A DNA stretch of 64,000 bases from Selaginella moellendorffii (taxonomy: Eukaryota > Plantae > Lycopodiophyta): assembly GCF_000143415.4 (NCBI RefSeq), contig NW_003314261.1:4380691-4444690 (forward strand), given 5' to 3'. Shown here piece by piece: positions 1 through 14,400 of this stretch. Positions within the stretch are counted from its first letter, which is position 1. Each line of letters opens with the position of its first letter. A model generated the notes under the pieces. The model did not search any database. It was not told where the DNA came from and was given only the letters and a program-made list of their open reading frames with translations. Both the position numbers and the translations under genes were made by a program.

Positions 1-2692
1 TGCGATATAGTGAGTCAATGTCAGCCGGCGGAATGCTCATTGTCAGGAGGCCATAATTGGGACACCCAAACACTCTAGAACACTAGGAGGTGGTGTTTCA
101 TGTCACAAGGGCAATAGATAAGGCCCAAGGGACTAAGTCCCTAGCGAATGATGGATAGTAGGTGTTATCCAAATGTCCAAGATCGTGGAGACAGGAGAAG
201 ACTGTCTACCCGAATTGGACAAAGCCAAAAATGGAATTTGGGCAAGGTTAGTGATGGGCATGTAAAAGCCCATAAGCAACAATGTTAATCCCGATGTGTG
301 AGATTATAAGGTGAGCATGCCCAAGATTGAGGAACCACTCCCTAGGCTATCAGGTAGGTTCATCCCTAAGAATACTTGCTAAGGCATAGTAAAATGTGCA
401 AAGCTATCCTCCTAGTCTGGAGGAGAATAACCAAAGGAAACATATGGGGCCAAAAAACAAGTAGTATTGGGATGGAATTGAACTATAGAAATCGAAGGGC
501 ATATTCAACGGTGGTTATGCAAGATAGGAGTGGAGAATCAAGAGGGTGCTCGAGGATGTTATTGTTAGCAACCGTGATGCTATGGGGAGTCTAAAATATG
601 GAATTGTCCATGTTAAATTATATGGCAACTATAAAGCTTGCGAAAAGGGAAGCCTTACCAAGCTAAAGGACAGAGTTCCTTCAAGGTTCCCAAAGACGAT
701 TCTAGGTAGCTTAGTACCTAGAAAGGCCAAATGTAAATGGTTCATGGAATGCGCGAAATCAAAGTGGCGCAGCAAAAACGTAGTCCTGAAGCTTGCTATG
801 AGGCAAGGCTATCAAGGTTAGGGAAGTAGTTCCCGAGTGTTCAAAGAGAGGGCTTTGAACGAAAGTCGATGGTCAAGGACTTTCACGCTTATGCAGGAAC
901 TATGTTACAGTGGTCGGAGGACTTGCTAAGTGAGATTGGCAAGTCGGGGGAACAAATACCCTAGTTGAAGGTGATAACTTCAAAAAAGATGGGCCATGGG
1001 GCCAAACATGGAGGAGTCCATGCATGATCACAGACTTGTCAAGTGAGAGGACTTGGTAGTGTGGAGGAACTAAGTTCCTAAGCTGTGATTTGTAGTGCGC
1101 TTTAAGTATAAGTTGGTGCACCAGCGTGATAAGTCACGCTATGCATCTTGGGTGATATCGTCCGTAGATGCATATACGGAGGTTGGGTTCGAGTCTCGAC
1201 CCTCTAGTGCTTGGGTTTGAGTCCCAAATCACTAGGGCGTGGTGATGGTTTGGAATATGAGGACACTCATATTTCGGTGGTCATGGACTCTCAGTGAGGA
1301 GACTGGCTTGGGCACACTGCCAAGCGGGGGATGCTCCGGAGTCGTGATACACGATTAGATTGCTTAGTGTGGCTCGGCATATCTAACTTGAACACTTTGG
1401 TGCGAGTGGCACCAAGGACGTGGTGAATGAGATGGGGACACTCAGTCTCAGTTGTTATGGACCCTTGGCCGGAAGGGCTAGCTTAGGCACACCGCCAAGT
1501 GTAGGGGATGCCCCTGGGGTCATGGTCAACAAGTTAAAAGTCTGGGAGACCTAGTATTTATTGGCAAACCTGTTAAGGTGTTAAAATTAAATCACTAGGT
1601 GATCGTATGGCTAAACAAGGACGAGGTCCTTTTGAGGTTAAGGAACAAGATTCCTAGTTCAAAGCATTGATTTGAACTATTGATAATGGTGTGGCTTGGT
1701 CAAGGTGACCAAGTGGGAAAGACACCTAAGGGAAATGAACTATGATGATACAATAGTATTGTGAGTTTAAGAAAGTAGTCTCTAGAAAGGACATATGGGA
1801 GGGTCACAATGTTGGGCCGTGGAAGGGGCCCATAGCAGAAGTTGCTAAAGAGACTTACTAGGGGTGAGCACCCTCTGGATTTGGTGAAGTGGAGCTTTGC
1901 CATGGAACCAAAAGAATACCTCAAGGAGGGAGTGATCCTTTGTTGCTTGCTGCAATAATCAATGGATAGGAGCAAAAGACTAGTGGCCAAGTTTGGGCCA
2001 TGGAATTTAATGGGAGGAATCCAAATGGCTAGGTTAGCCAAGGAACACTAATGTGTTTGATGCTAACGGATTGCGGGAAAGGAAGTGGACTTCCAAGGTT
2101 AGATTCCCAAGTGCTCCAATTCGGCAAAGTAAAAACTCTAAGTGAGGAGCGGCAAAGTAGCCAAAGGATAGGGCTGTGGACAGCCTTGGCACAAATGATG
2201 ATAATTGGAATGTAGTGCCAAGGGTGGCACAAAATAGAAAAGAGGATGATGGTGTCCTCAAGTAGAGGACTTCCTAGGACAGGGAAGTGGACTTGCACAA
2301 TATGTGCAATGCAAGGTGTCGGAGACACTTAGGAAATTGACTTCAAGAAGTCAGAAGTAAACGTTCCAAAGTGCAAGGGTTATGTTGATAGAATCTGAGA
2401 CTACTCAAGAATGAGTAGTGGAATTGAGTTAGAGACGATGTCTCTAACGGGTTTAGCGAGAACTGAACCAACAAAAGGGAGCAAACTACCCTAGGTGGCT
2501 GAATGAGTCTCTATGTTAGAGAGACTATGCTCCTTAGAGGATGGACAAGGCATGGTGAGCCTTTGGTGTCAAACCATAGACAAATATTGGCTGGGTGCCA
2601 AGGATGGAACTGGTAATACATGCGGGTATTACTTTATAAGAGGGTTATTGTTCGATGAGGACATCGAACTTCGTCTATGGGTGATGGAGTTG
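1..2692 (+). mobile_element. Decayed, non-coding internal region of an LTR retrotransposon (5' part outside the window)
   Basis: Purine-rich, no ORF with recognisable motifs. Ends in a PPT-like stretch (gggtgatggagttg) directly before the LTR that starts TGAGACAC at 2693. Confidence 0.55.
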
Positions 2693-3040
2693 TGAGACAC
2701 AAAATCCCTAGGCCCCAAAGTGGAGCCGGAAGGGTGCCATGTGTTGGTGGCCGAAGCGAAAACCAAACGAGCGTAAAACGTTTGGACTAAAAAGCTCCGA
2801 CTTGAAAAGGTCGAGAGTGGGAGTGGAACTCCTAATGAAGTGCTTGAGGAACAAGCACAAAGCGAGCAATAAGCAAGGCTCCAAAAAGGGACCCGAGATG
2901 AACTCGAGATGGAGTCTGAGATGGACCCGAGATGGAGTCTGAGATGGACCCGAGATGGAGTCCGAGATGGACCCGAGATGGAATCTGAGATGAAATCTGA
3001 GATGGAGTCTGAGATGGAGTCCGAGATGGAGTCCGAGATG
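2693..3040 (+). repeat. Partial 3' LTR with 11-12 bp tandem repeats (gagatggagtcc / gagatggaccc), interrupted by the chromovirus insertion
   Basis: Starts TGAGACACAAAATCCCTAGGCCCCAAAG. The same sequence occurs inverted at ~39700-40080. Tandem units at ~2893-3040. Confidence 0.75.
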
Positions 3041-3498
3041 TGTCAGGAATCCCCCAATTCTTGCCACATTCTTGACTCTCGCCGGATTCCTGACCTGCAA
3101 ACCACATTCCTGACTCTCGAGACACTTCCCTATTCCTGACTCTCGAGACACTTCCCGATTCCTGAGTCTCGAGCCACATTCCTGATGATGATGTGGCGCC
3201 TCCTCGATCTCAGCTATATTTAGGCCGTCCTCGATTCAAGAGTGGTGGAGCTTCATCAACCTATAGTATATATAGGTTAGCCTTGTTCCATTTCTCCACA
3301 ATCTGAATCAACACCAGTCTAAGGCCTCTTCTTTGTTTTCACTAGCTTTTTCTCTTTGTCTTTAGCATTTTCCAATCTTGATCTTGTTGGGGGTCTTGAT
3401 AGTTTGATTCAGATTGTGGTTTTTGCTTTTCTTTTAGCTTGCTTTGATTGTTTGATTACCTTTGCCTTTTTTTTCCCCCTTTTTTCTTTCTTCTTGCC

Positions 3499-4471
3499 AA
3501 TGGAGTCTCCAAGCCATCCTGATTTCTTTGCTGAAGTCCTTGCAAAAATCCAGTCTGAGAATACCGAGCTGAAGGCGACCCTTCTTCGCATGCAGCAGGA
3601 GCTTGCTTCACTTTTGGCTCAAGGATCCAGCAAAGTTCCTGAACCGAAGGTGAGCTTCCCAGCAAAATTTTCAGGCAAGCGTTCAGAGCTTCGCGGATTC
3701 CTGAGCCAGATGGAGTTGATCTTCGCACTTCAACATCGGCGGTACCCTACTCCCGAGTCTCAAATCGGCACAATTGGGACGTTGCTCGAAGGTGCAGCTT
3801 TGTCATGGTTTTCTCCTCTTTTGGAGAAGAGCATGAAAGGGGTTGTGGTTCCAGAACTGATGGATCTTCAATTGTTCAAAGAGAAGCTCGAAGCATGTTT
3901 TGGCGAGACGGATCGGGTTCGGGCTGCTACCACAAAGATGAGACGTCTCTCTCAGGGGCCTTGTCCTGCCTCGATCTACGCTGCAGAGTTCCAACTCCTT
4001 GCTTTGGACACTTAGTGGGATGAGCGGGCCCTGATTGACCAATTTCGTTTCGGCCTCAACAACGGTGTCAAGGATTTGTTGCTCACCATGGAGGATCCCA
4101 AGGACCTGTCGGATGCCATCAACAAAGCTATTCGATGTGACAATCGTCTCTTTGAACGTCGTCAGGAAAGTCGCCGCGCCGCTGTTTTTCCGTCCCAGAC
4201 TCAGGAATCCCAGCTTGAGTCTTCGGGGCATACTCCTGAACCTACTGCTCCGGTTCCGATGGATATTTCTGGTACTCCCCGACTCATTAGAGGGAAGTTG
4301 AGTCCTGCTGAGAAGCAACGTCGAATATCTCATAATCTTTGCCTCTATTGTGCTGATCCTAATCACAAAGCAGCTGTATGTCCCAAGAAGCCTCCTCGAC
4401 TGCTCGAGTTCACTCTGCCTCAAAGTCCACCTCTATTGCAGTCGGGAAACGACCTTGTCCAAACAGAGTAG
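3499..4471 (+). pseudogene. gag: Gag (capsid PAKFSG...FL motif, CCHC knuckle CLYCADPNHKAAVC) with one premature TAG at 4013-4015
   Basis: ORFs 3356-4015 and 4076-4471 share a frame and are separated only by TAG. Confidence 0.9.
4444..4450 (+). promoter_or_regulatory. -1 ribosomal frameshift slippery heptamer G GGA AAC at the gag/pol junction
   Basis: X XXY YYZ in the gag frame (TCG GGA AAC); pol lies in the -1 frame and overlaps the end of gag. Confidence 0.75.
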
Positions 4472-7400
4472 GAGCTGTCTGTTTGGACTCCCCGAATAAA
4501 AATCACTTTTCTTCTTTATCAAGCTCTTTACCACCTTTCATCAAAGCCACCACCAATTCCCGCAACTTCCGCGTCCCATGTCTCCTTTCTTTCACCGGAC
4601 AATCAGGACTCAAGGCTCTAGCGTTACTGGACTCGGGTGCAACTTCCTGCTTCATGGACACGGACTTTGCTGCCCGACATCACATTCCTCTTTCTCCTAC
4701 CATACGGGATTTGAGGGTTGAAGGCATCGGCGGGCATTTTGTGTCTCCATCTTCTGGACTTAGGGAAACGTTGCCCGTTCGAGTACACATCGGGTCCACC
4801 GTCACCGATATCGCCTTCAACATCATCAATAGCAAGTCCTCCTCTGTGGTGCTTGGTCTTCCTTGGTTCCAACTACATTAGCCTCAAATCTGTTGGAAGG
4901 AATTACAGCTCATCTCTCCCACGGCTTCCCCTACTGTTCATCGAGTCCGAATCAGGAAAAGTTCCCTAAACTCAAATCGGGGTTTTGTTCCTGACTCTAT
5001 AAAGTTTTCACCCTCTTCTTTTTCCTCTCTTCCATCTTACACTGGACCGTATCCTCGTCTCATCATTCCATTTAGTCGTACGCCTCCTCCTATCTCCACA
5101 ATCACTATGAAAGAACTCCTTCATGAAGAACCTCTTTTTCTTTTTGCTTTGCATGTTTTTCCTGTCAGTCTTCCTGAGAAGTATCATGATTTTGGGGATG
5201 TGTTTGACAAGAAAAAAGATAGTGTACTGCCTGTTTATCGGCCTTATGATTGTCCCATTGATTTACAGGAAAAAGCGTCACTTCCATGGGGGCCTATCTA
5301 CGGGTTATCCCCGTCTGAGCTTAAGGCCCTCAAAGAGTACGTGGATGAGAACCTTGCCTCGGGCTACATTCAGCATTCGCAGTCCCCGGCTGAAGCGCCT
5401 GCCTTCTTTTTCAAGAAGAAGGATGGGAGCTTGTGGCTAGTCATCGACTACCGAGGTTTGAACAAGGTGACTGTTCGGAACCGTTATCCGCTGCCCCTGA
5501 TCTCGGACTTGTTGGAACGTCTCGGTGGTGCCCGCTTCTTCACCAAGATCGACCTCTATGGAGCATACAACCTGATCCGGATCTGGCCTGGTGATGAATG
5601 GAAGATTGCGTTCCGAACCCACTATGGCCACTTCGAGTACACTATCATGCCATTTGGCTTGACAAATGCTCCAGCAGTTTTCCAACACATGGCGAACGAC
5701 GTCTTTCGGGAGTTTCTTGATCAGATGGTGATCGTCTACCTCGATGACATCCTCATCTACTCAAAAACTCAGGAGGAGCATGACGAACATGTACGCAAGG
5801 TGCTAGCGAAGCTGCGAGAACATGGCCTATACGCGAAGCTTGAGAAATGTTCCTTTGATCAGCAGTCTGTGGAGTTCCTTGGGTACATTGTCACTCCTGA
5901 GGGTATCACGATGGATCCTGCCAAAGTCAAGACTATTCTCGAATGGGAGCCTCCACAATCAATGTCGGACGTTCAGGTTTTCCTTGGCTTCGCCAACTTC
6001 TACCGCAAATTCATTGATCACTACTCTGACATTGTCCTTCCTCTCACACATCTCACTCGCAAGGATGTTCCCTTCTCTTGGTCTGCTGCTGCCCAGCAGG
6101 CCTTCGACACACTCAAGGCGATCTTCAGTTCTGCTCCTGTCTTGATCCATGCTGATTCCTCACAACCTTTCTTCATCGAGGCTGATGCCTCCGACTTTGC
6201 CATTGGTGCTGTGCTGTCTCAACTCGGAGCGGATCACGAACTTCATCTGGTCGCTTTCCATTCTCGGAAATTCCAGCCTGCGGAGATCAATTACGAAATC
6301 CACGACAAGGAGCTCCTTGCCATCGTGGATTCCTTTGGAGAGTGGCGCTGTTTCTTGGAGGGGGTGAGCCATCAAACAACAGTCTGGACGGATCACAAAA
6401 ATCTCAAGTACTTTGCCACTTCCCGAGTTTTAAGCTGTCGTCAAGCAAGGTGGGCACAATTCCTAAGTCGGTTTGACTTTGTTATCAAGTACAGACCTGG
6501 AAAGTTTCAAGGCCTTTCTGATGCTCTTTCAAGGCGCTCCTATCTCAGTCTCAGGCCTGGTAATCCTGCTTTTGATCAACAGGATCAAGTTATCCTCGGT
6601 CCTGATCGGCTTCAAGTTATGGCAATTTCCCTGGCCCCTCAGGACTCCTCCTTGATGGATGCAATCAGAAACGATCTTCAATCCGATGATCTCGCTAGCG
6701 ACATTTTCCCCCATCTTCAGGCTGGACACCCAGTGACTCCCGACTGTCGGCGATTTGACGAGTTCGAGTTCTTAGATGGTTTATTGTACCGTGGGGAGCA
6801 GCTTTACGTTCCTGAAGGTGATGCTCGAAGGTTGGTCCTGATGGCGTGCCACGATAGCTTGACTGCTGGTCACTTCGGCATTGCGAAAACCTATGAGCTA
6901 GTTGTACGGGACTTTTGGTGGCCTCACATGGACGACTACATCAAAGCTTTTGTTACCTCCTGTGACACTTGTGCCCGGAATAAGGTACCTCGCCACCTTC
7001 CTTCAGGTTTGCTTCGTTCCCTTCCGGTCCCTTTAGGTCCTTGGGAATCCATCTCCATGGATTTCTTGAGTGATCTTCCGAGTTCTGGAGGCTTCAACAG
7101 CATTTTAGTCATGGTGGATTGCTTCACAAAGATGGCACACTTCTTGCCATGTACCAAGGAGTTTTCGGACGAGGACATGGCAAAACTGGTATTCAGGGAA
7201 ATTTTTCGACTTCATGGGATTCCTACAGATGTGGTTTCAGATCGGGGGCCTCAGTTCATCTCTCATTTCTGGCAACGGTTTTTGCAGCTACTTGGAGTGA
7301 AGGCCAACCTCTCTTCGGCATATCATCCTCAAACTGATGGGCAGTCCGAGCGAACGATTCAGACGTTGGAACAATTCTTGAGGTGCTTCATCAACTATTA

Positions 7401-8202
7401 TCAGGATAACTGGTTCGATATCCTTCCTCTTGCTGAGTTCTCCTATAACAACTCTGTTCACTCCTCTCTTCGAGTTTCCCCCTTCTTTGCAAACTCTGGC
7501 CGAAATCCCCGATTCAATCTCTCACTTCCTTCTCCATCTGAATCCTCTCGTTCAAATCCCCGCTCTGAGGCATTTATCTCCAACCTCTAGGAAATCCACA
7601 ACTCCATCTCCTTCCACCTCCATCATGCTCAGGAATCTCATAAAACATTTGCCAATGTCCATCGTCAGGATTGTCCCCCTTACAATATCGGGGATAAAGT
7701 CTGGCTCCTCAGGCGAAATATCTCCACCACCAGGCCCTGTCCAAAACTCGATTTCAAACGCCTTGGTCCTTTCCCTATCACTGCCATCATTAATCCTGTC
7801 ACTTATTGCCTTGCACTTCCCTCCTCATATCAAATTCACCCCGTTTTTCACTCCTCTCTCCTTGAGCCTTATATTCCCAATCCTATTCCAAATCGGGTCA
7901 TTCCTCCGCCTCCACCAGTGCAGCTCGAGGATAGGTCTAAGTACGAGGTTCAGGACATCCTTGATTCCAAGATTTCACGGTCTAAACTCTACTATCTGGT
8001 GGACTGGAAGGGTTACGGACCTGAGGAACGCACTTGGGAACCTGCGGACAACCTGATTCATTCTCCTGACCTTGTTCAGGACTTCCACCGCCGCTATCCT
8101 TCTCGTCCCAGTCCTCATTCTTTTTCTCCATCTCCCATCCCTCGCCGCTCATCTCATCCTCCTCTTCGTTCTCGTTCACATCCTCGTTCCACTCGTTCTT
8201 GA
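4450..8202 (+). pseudogene. pol: Pol: protease (LLDSGA), RT (YLDD), RNase H (DASD), integrase (HHCC, D-D-E, GPF) and chromodomain (YEVQDILD...YLVDWKGY...TWEP); premature TAGs at 4879 and 7588
   Basis: ORFs 4378-4881, 5107-7590 and 7918-8202 are all in one frame; motifs read directly from the translations. Confidence 0.95.
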
Positions 8203-8429
8203 GGAGGGGGTGCTGTCAGGAATCCCCCAATTCTTGCCACATTCTTGACTCTCGCCGGATTCTTGACCTGCAAACCACATTCCTGACTCTCGAGACACTT
8301 CCCTATTCCTGACTCTCGAGACACTTCCCAATTCCTGAGTCTCGAGCCACATTCCTGATGATGATGTGGTGCCTCCTCGACCTCAGCTATATTTAAACCG
8401 TCCTCGATTCAAGAGTGGTGGAGCTTCAT

Positions 8430-11400
8430 TGTAGCGCACGTGGTTTTGACCCTTTATCCTATGGTGATTTACCATAGGATAACACCATGAAGCGGAACCT
8501 AAACCCTCTTTGTGCCACGTGACAGATGCCATGTGTCACATACCACGTGTCCGTGCCACGTGTCCATAGGAACCCGAGGTTCAGGGCCTTGGGCCACTGA
8601 ACGAAGGAACGGTGCCAAACTCCCAAGCGTGACGCCAAGGAGTGATGGAACCGAACCACGGAGCAACTCCCGAGCATATAGCCCAAGGAGCGAAGGGACA
8701 GGGTCCCGGAGTGACTTGGAACAGTCCTAGAGCAACCAGCATTCCAATGCCAGGACCAGCACGCAAAACGGAGCCAAACGGAGTCTGGCGCTATTTCGGC
8801 ATACCAGTGGCCTAACGCGAGGACATGGGTACTCCACCAGCTAGCATGGAATGGAACTTGGGCTTAGACCCAAGCCAGACGCAGAACAAGGACAGGCACG
8901 CAAGCGGGAGCTAGACTATGCCTCAGGTTGGTCGGCCATGCCCGACCTACCCACTATCCCTACTATACATTTGGAACCCCCCATAGCCCCCCCCCCCTTA
9001 AGGAACACACGCTTTGGGCTTTCACCCCAAGCCTCCCTTAGTATCAGGAGTTAGTCTCTGGGACAAGCTCGAAACTTACTAATTATGGAATGTCCCTAGA
9101 TTGCGAATTTGGACACGGGACGAACACCATTGTGTTCAGAACGATCTCTACATTCCGTAGATATGCCAAATGAGCAAATCTGGACACTTTCCATAAATAG
9201 CATTTGGAACGAATTAAGACTAACACAAAGGGCATAATAGCGAGGGTGTTTGGCAGACACGGTAAGCTATCATCTAGCGATGTTGAGGGACCAATCTCAA
9301 TATCGCGGGGGTTCTTGATACTAGCAAGTGCAAGCCAATGACACAAGTTTCTCAAACCAGGCCGAGTATGCTCAGCAAGAAACACATAGGGTTCCTACCT
9401 TATGTTTATCCAATCTAAGTGCATGGTCATTGACTAGTTTCTCAACTAGCTCAAGTGGGAAACTGATAACGGGTCCAGCAATACCGACCTCCTGCCATCG
9501 TGGCAGTAAGGTAAGAGTGTCCATAAGGACTGGCCGACAGGTAACTTTCGATACCTGAAGTCACATTCGCGACACTCTCCCCCCCTTGGGAAGATCGACG
9601 TCCTCGTCGATGCATACTCGAGTCTAGAATACCGCCAAGGAAACAACTCCAGAAAAAGTTCACGGTACTCACACTATGTGAGAAATGCACCGACTTAAAT
9701 GAGTTAGGGGGCAACCTCTTTGTCTAACGCGGATGCGCTACCAGCTCAGACACCTCCGGCCGTCGCTGACAAGGAAATGACCAACGAAGTCAGCCACCCT
9801 TGCTGCTCTGGGAGTCACCCAGCTTACAAAAGTGTGATATGCCCCTGCCCGCAGGAACATAGAGAGAGAAGCCAGAGGCCCCAACCCTCCTAAGCAAAGA
9901 AACCAAACCCGTCGGTAAGGTTTAGATAGACTACTGTAAACAGGCAGTTAGAGTTGTTTACACGGTCACACCCTTTCACAGAATAAAGAACATCGACAGA
10001 GAGGCGGGTTATGTGACCAGTCGACAGTAGCTACCCCATGACTAGAGATTTCACCATGCACATGAAGTGCCGAAGCCCGTCTGCCTATACTGGCCCAAAC
10101 TCAAAGATCAATATATATGGACTATATCAAAGTCATAAACAATGATATCTTAGAGATTGAATTATCAGTGAATAAAGCTTTAAATTAGAACACAAAAGTA
10201 TTCCAAGTAAGTTATCATCCGATAAACTAGTATTATAGTGCAAGAACCACCAGGATCAGCATAATTGGTAAACATAGGAATCACCATCCAACAAAATTCA
10301 ATAGCAAGTAGATCATCAAGGAAACTCAATGATAAAGTTTAACTATTAAAGATTGCAGACAGAATGCTAAACAACTTACGAAAGATAACTCAAAGAACAC
10401 AAAGTATCATTGACTGACAAGCAAAATGCTCGCGAATGTATCACCCAAAGGAAATAACATCCAAATCTATCAAAACTAACTCAAGCAATAATCAACAGAA
10501 CAAAATGAATGTTGCAAAGCAAACAAATATAGTGTTCATGCCAATCATCGCACTAGCCAATCCAGATAGATCCCAGCCAATAACACCAAGGAACTCAAGT
10601 TGCCTAAGCAAGTGTTAGCAACATCCTACTGATGTCTCAAACCCAAGAGACCAATCCAGAGCAAACCACAAAGAACATGTGGTATTGCGAAAAGCCAAAA
10701 GCCATCAAAGAGAACAACTAACTATCATGAAAGATCGTCAATCAGCCCATCAATGTAGTGATGTATAATCATCGTTGAAGAAAGAATCTACCATCCCGAA
10801 GAATAGCAAATAATTCCAAACCAACAATAATCAAGCAAAACTTGTGATAAGGACAATCAACTACCCTAGATGATAGTCAATCATCACCAATGATTGCCAG
10901 ATGCAAAAACCAACTTCAACATCGAAGCTAATGAGCCAAAATGCCTTCCCCAACAACTTCTAACAAATGGAACAATGAGCACAAAACTCAAGAACCAAAA
11001 GCTCGAAGAAGCCTATAACTAAGTCTTGCCTAATAATGATCACGAGTCTCATAGAAGCTAACTTCAATGCTAAAGAAGAAATCATGGTGCAACCCACAAT
11101 ATCTTCCTCAACACATCCATAAGCCAAACTTCATAATGCCAAAGCTAATGAAGAGCATTTCTGCATCAATCCAAAAGCTAAGCATAACGAAGCTATGCTT
11201 AACAAGTGATCATCAAACGATCCTCCATGAATCCATCTATAGCAAGACGTAACTCACTTCATAACAAGCTCAAAAAGAATCATTAATGATTGCTATATTC
11301 CGAACTCAAATCCAGCAAGGACTCAACATTCTAATATCGATCACTAACTCTTCTTCTTGTAGAGTTAGCATAGTCCACGACTAAATCACTTTTCAAGGAA

Positions 11401-14400
11401 AAGCTAAAGCTCAACCCTCTACTAAATAATCTCGTCTAGAACACAACTAACTCAACTTGCCACTCAGTTCGTTTGAACGTCAACACAGTTGCTAACTAGC
11501 AAATGCACGAATGCCAACAACACAAAGCTATAGCCAAATCATCAACACTATATTCATCAAGACTAATGAAACTCAATATCAATCCTAAGGAAAGACATTT
11601 CATTTCACTCAAGTCTCAATATCAACAATATCAATGTCAAGGCATCACTTCAATGCCATCAACACCAAAACAAAGCTAGAAGAAAGCATGAGTGAATCAC
11701 CACTCGGAGCTTTCCAGCAACCAAGTTAACCAAGGTCGAAGATACTTTAGTTAGTAACCGAGACTAATCCTTTAGCAAAACTCAGTTACAGATAACACTT
11801 CCTCAAGGAGTGAGTCACCACATCCAAGACTCAATGAAATCCAACACCACGAACTAAATGCAACCAAATGATATCGACAGAGATAGAGTCGACATGTCAA
11901 CATGGAAAAACCATGTAAGTCTAACGACACGATCCTCCGCAACACCATCCGGTAAAGCAAACTTATCATTGCTAAATCATCATCGAGTGAAGCAAGTGTC
12001 AACAGTCTTTTGACAAAGTCTACAAGCAATCATTAGTCGCAAAGCAACTAACAACTAACAACTAACATCACTCTTTCAACTTATCTTTACAAGACCCAAA
12101 CACTAAACTCACGTCATCGAGTCATACACTTGTCCAACATGAACGTGATACCTTCGGTATGAGATAAAAGTTCATTGACAAGCACAAACTAAATGACCAC
12201 TCGAATCCAACTCAACTGCAATAAGCTCACCAATGCATTTAGCCAATAGCTCTGAGCATGCTTTGAAGAGGCTAGCTATGCATGATCAACACTCAGCTGA
12301 AACTAAAGTGAAGACCATGAGATGGATCTATATTAGTACACAACCTCCTCATAGACAAAGCTATAGTACGGGTACTAACATCTCAACCTCAAACAACTAA
12401 GTTGGACATCACCATCTTCAGCCAAGGCGCAGGGCTACCAAGACTAAGTCAAGATTAGTGAGAGCTCACTACTCTCATAGAGTCTAACGTAATGCAAGGT
12501 GCAACCTGCCACCGAGCATAATGCTACAAAAGAAAGGCACAAGGATCACCCTTCTTAGAAAAGCGTAACGGCCACTTTTCTATACCAACTCTAGACTCTA
12601 TCCAACTTAATTGCCTTAGCCTCAAAAGTCAGCATCCCTTTCGGGCTGCATCATACAAACTACTTACTAAGATCTAAGCCAACCGAAGTCAACTCCAACC
12701 CCTTCACTAGTTTGTACTGGCTTTCGAAAATGGAATGGTTTTCGGACAAAATGATCAATAGATCAGCCATTGGAAAAGTCTAAGAAAATTTGTGGAAAAT
12801 TTCCATCCTAGAGAAAGAATAACTCTCAGTCCAGGAATGCAAACTTTCAAGACTCAACCAACTTCCTCCTACCAACAACTTCACATAGGTTCACCTCAAC
12901 ACAAATTCTCATGACCCATAGTATGCTTAAGCCTCAAACATCTCTACCCATCTAACCGATATCCAACACCGACATCCGCAAAGTGCAAAATGAACATCCA
13001 AGGCTTGATCACGAAGACCACATCTTCGGATATCCATATTGCACTAACACTCTTCTTCAATCACCTTCAAGATCCAATGTGAAGTTAAAACACTAACAAG
13101 AAAAATGACATGGAAAATCAAGCTCTAAGGAAAATTCCTCATCACTCGAATCAACAATGCCACTTCCACTAACACAAGTGCTAGCGATGTTAATGCATCA
13201 ACCTCACACCTTCTCCATCCAATAATCTACTCCAAGTGCTAACGGATCAATAGATGAGCTATAGCAAATGAATGCTACAACCCATTCCCAACACCTTATG
13301 GGCAAACCCTCAAGGAAACAAGGTACCAACATAAGCTTAGCATAATGGACCACCATTGAGAATCCAGTCAAGGCTACTACAATGCTACTTCGTGCAAGTA
13401 GACTAGCTTCTCCATCAACCACTTTAGGGTTGATCATCATTTACCCAAGCAACTTCGTAAACACATTGCTCATTATCACATGGATATGATATAAATCACA
13501 ATGACTTGACCATCAATTGAGTAACGCAATGAGCAAGGCTTATGTCATTACTTCAAACGTTTATGTGAGTATCAAATGCCAACTCAATTCGACAAAATGC
13601 AACATAAATGCCACACTCCACCGATAGAGATTTACAACACCCAACATCACTAACTTTTGTTCACCATACGGACAAGCTCATGCCACTCTCTTTCCGACCA
13701 AACTCAACACTAATCCAACACCAAGCTACTCAAGGAGCAGTAGCAAGGTTCCCCGGAAAAGAATTGAGCATTGCAACCCCAGTCTTTCAATAGCGAGCCT
13801 AGACAAAATGGTTTAGTGTTTCACCACTATCCATCCCATAACTCACCACTTGTAAGACCATCACCTCTAACATGAGTCAAGATAGGGACTCTTGATTGCA
13901 TGATGTGAACACAAGCAATGAGTTAACACCTCGTTGCAAATCATCTCTCCAAGAAGAGAAAATGATTTACGTGTTTGATCCTCCATCCCCGATGACTCTC
14001 TTTTCGGTCTCATCTTTGACCAAACCTCAAGCTTGCTTTCGCACTGCCTTCAGTTCAATCCAAGAAAAGTTTATGAGAGAGCACGGCAATGATTACTTGA
14101 ACCAATAGACTATTCCCTACAGTCTTGACTGATCCAATTATAATCATACCTAGGAAGGATCCACTAGTGCCGTGCTAAACAGCTACGGACCAGCCTATTT
14201 GCCACTCATAGCAAACTCAGGGAAAGTTTACTTTCACCCACGGTACATAGAACAACTCATAGAACCACCGATAGGCTAACATTAATCCTGCCAACTCAAA
14301 GTGTAACCTCGAGTTGCTAATGTGCCTCACTCACGAGCTCAAGCTTAAACTCGTGCTACCGGAACAACTCAAATCCATCCTATGAGCCCAAGCGCAAGCT

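Larger units (their letters stand above)
3041..8429 (+). mobile_element. Ty3/gypsy chromovirus LTR retrotransposon (Tcn1/Tf1-like, self-priming), 3' LTR truncated by a nested insertion
   Basis: 5' LTR 3041-3401 (TGTCAGGA...TCTTGATA). 3' LTR 8214-8429, 6 mismatches over the shared 216 bp. PPT gaggagggggtgc 8201-8213. Order gag-PR-RT-RH-INT-chromodomain. Confidence 0.95.

Noticed and set aside
2708-3179. ORFs with MESE / SISD / LHLG repeats (also 39479-39964)
   Set aside because: They are translations of the 11-12 bp tandem repeat in an LTR.
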